Positions 63,501 to 64,000 of a stretch of 64,000 nt of DNA are shown here, piece after piece; position 1 is the stretch's first letter; the number at the start of each line of letters is the position of its first letter. A program made the position numbers and the translations under genes. The stretch comes from Macrostomum lignano (taxonomy: Eukaryota), in contig NIVC01000001.1 of NCBI GenBank assembly GCA_002269645.1, positions 2,356,001-2,420,000 of the forward strand, read 5' to 3'. The notes under the pieces were generated by a model that made no database searches, was not told the origin of the DNA, and saw only the letters and a program-made list of their open reading frames with translations.

Positions 63501-64000
63501 CTCGTGTCTCATCACTCCTCTCTCGTGTCTCATCACTCCTCTCTCGTGTCTCATTACTTCTCTGTCGTGTCTCCGATCAGTTCTCTCTCGTGTTTCATCA
63601 CTCCTCTCTCGTGTCTCATCACTCCTCTCTCGTGTCTCATCACTCCTCTCTCGTGTCTCATCACTCCTCTCGTGTCTCATCACTCCTCTATTGTGTCTCA
63701 TTACTTCTCTGTTGTGTCTCATCACTCCTCTCTCGTTTCTCATCACTCCTCTCTCGTTTCTCATCACTCCTCTCTCGTGTCTCATCACTCCTCTCGTGTC
63801 TCATCACTCCTCTCTCGTGTCTCCGATCACTTCTCTCTCGCGTTTCACCACCCTCTCTCGTGTCTCCGATCACTTCTCTCCTTGTTTCACCACTCCTCTC
63901 TCGTGTCTCCGATCACTTCTTTCTCGCGTTTCACCACTCCTCTCTCGTGTCTCATCACTCCTCTCTCGTGTCTCATCACTCCTCTCGTGTCTCATCACTC
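57580..64000. repeat. Large pyrimidine-rich satellite: 42/44-bp dimeric units grading into 21-bp CTCTCTCGTGTCTCATCACTC units, with a 710-bp higher-order repeat; runs off the window end
   Basis: Direct periodicity; identical ORF artefacts recur at 62268, 62978 and 63688. Confidence 0.98.

Noticed and set aside
57714-63873. 479-aa ORF and many MMRHERGV/ETRERSD ORFs
   Set aside because: Satellite translation artefacts.

Overview
Eukaryotic, intron-rich DNA dominated by micro- and minisatellites. GC-rich exons, tandem arrays inside introns and gene style suggest a flatworm, most likely Macrostomum (inference). Genes reconstructed by hand from splice signals: the last two coding exons of CFAP77 (+); an intronless DEG/ENaC channel (-); an orphan tail-anchored ORF (+); a complete SUGP1/SF4 (+, 7 exons); MRPL10 (+, 3 exons, no ATG of its own); a small secreted single-WSC-domain protein (-); a 7-exon WD40 protein (+); and a candidate CaaX microprotein (+). 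Mobile DNA: two tRNA-derived CORE-SINE copies, degenerate THAP-domain and piggyBac relics, and several hAT-type MITEs. About 25 tandem arrays explain most long ORFs in the track. Leading observations: (1) MRPL10 starts at a phase-0 splice acceptor and appears to need the flatworm spliced-leader AUG, consistent with a SUGP1-MRPL10 operon. (2) Inverted 23-bp arrays bracket the last SUGP1 exon. (3) An intact hAT MITE carries a 28S rRNA helix-69 / R2 / I-PpoI target fragment altered at the cut site. (4) CpG-free, TpA-rich patches lie in or beside transposon relics, resembling RIP-like hypermutation. All homology calls come from recalled family motifs; no searches were run.
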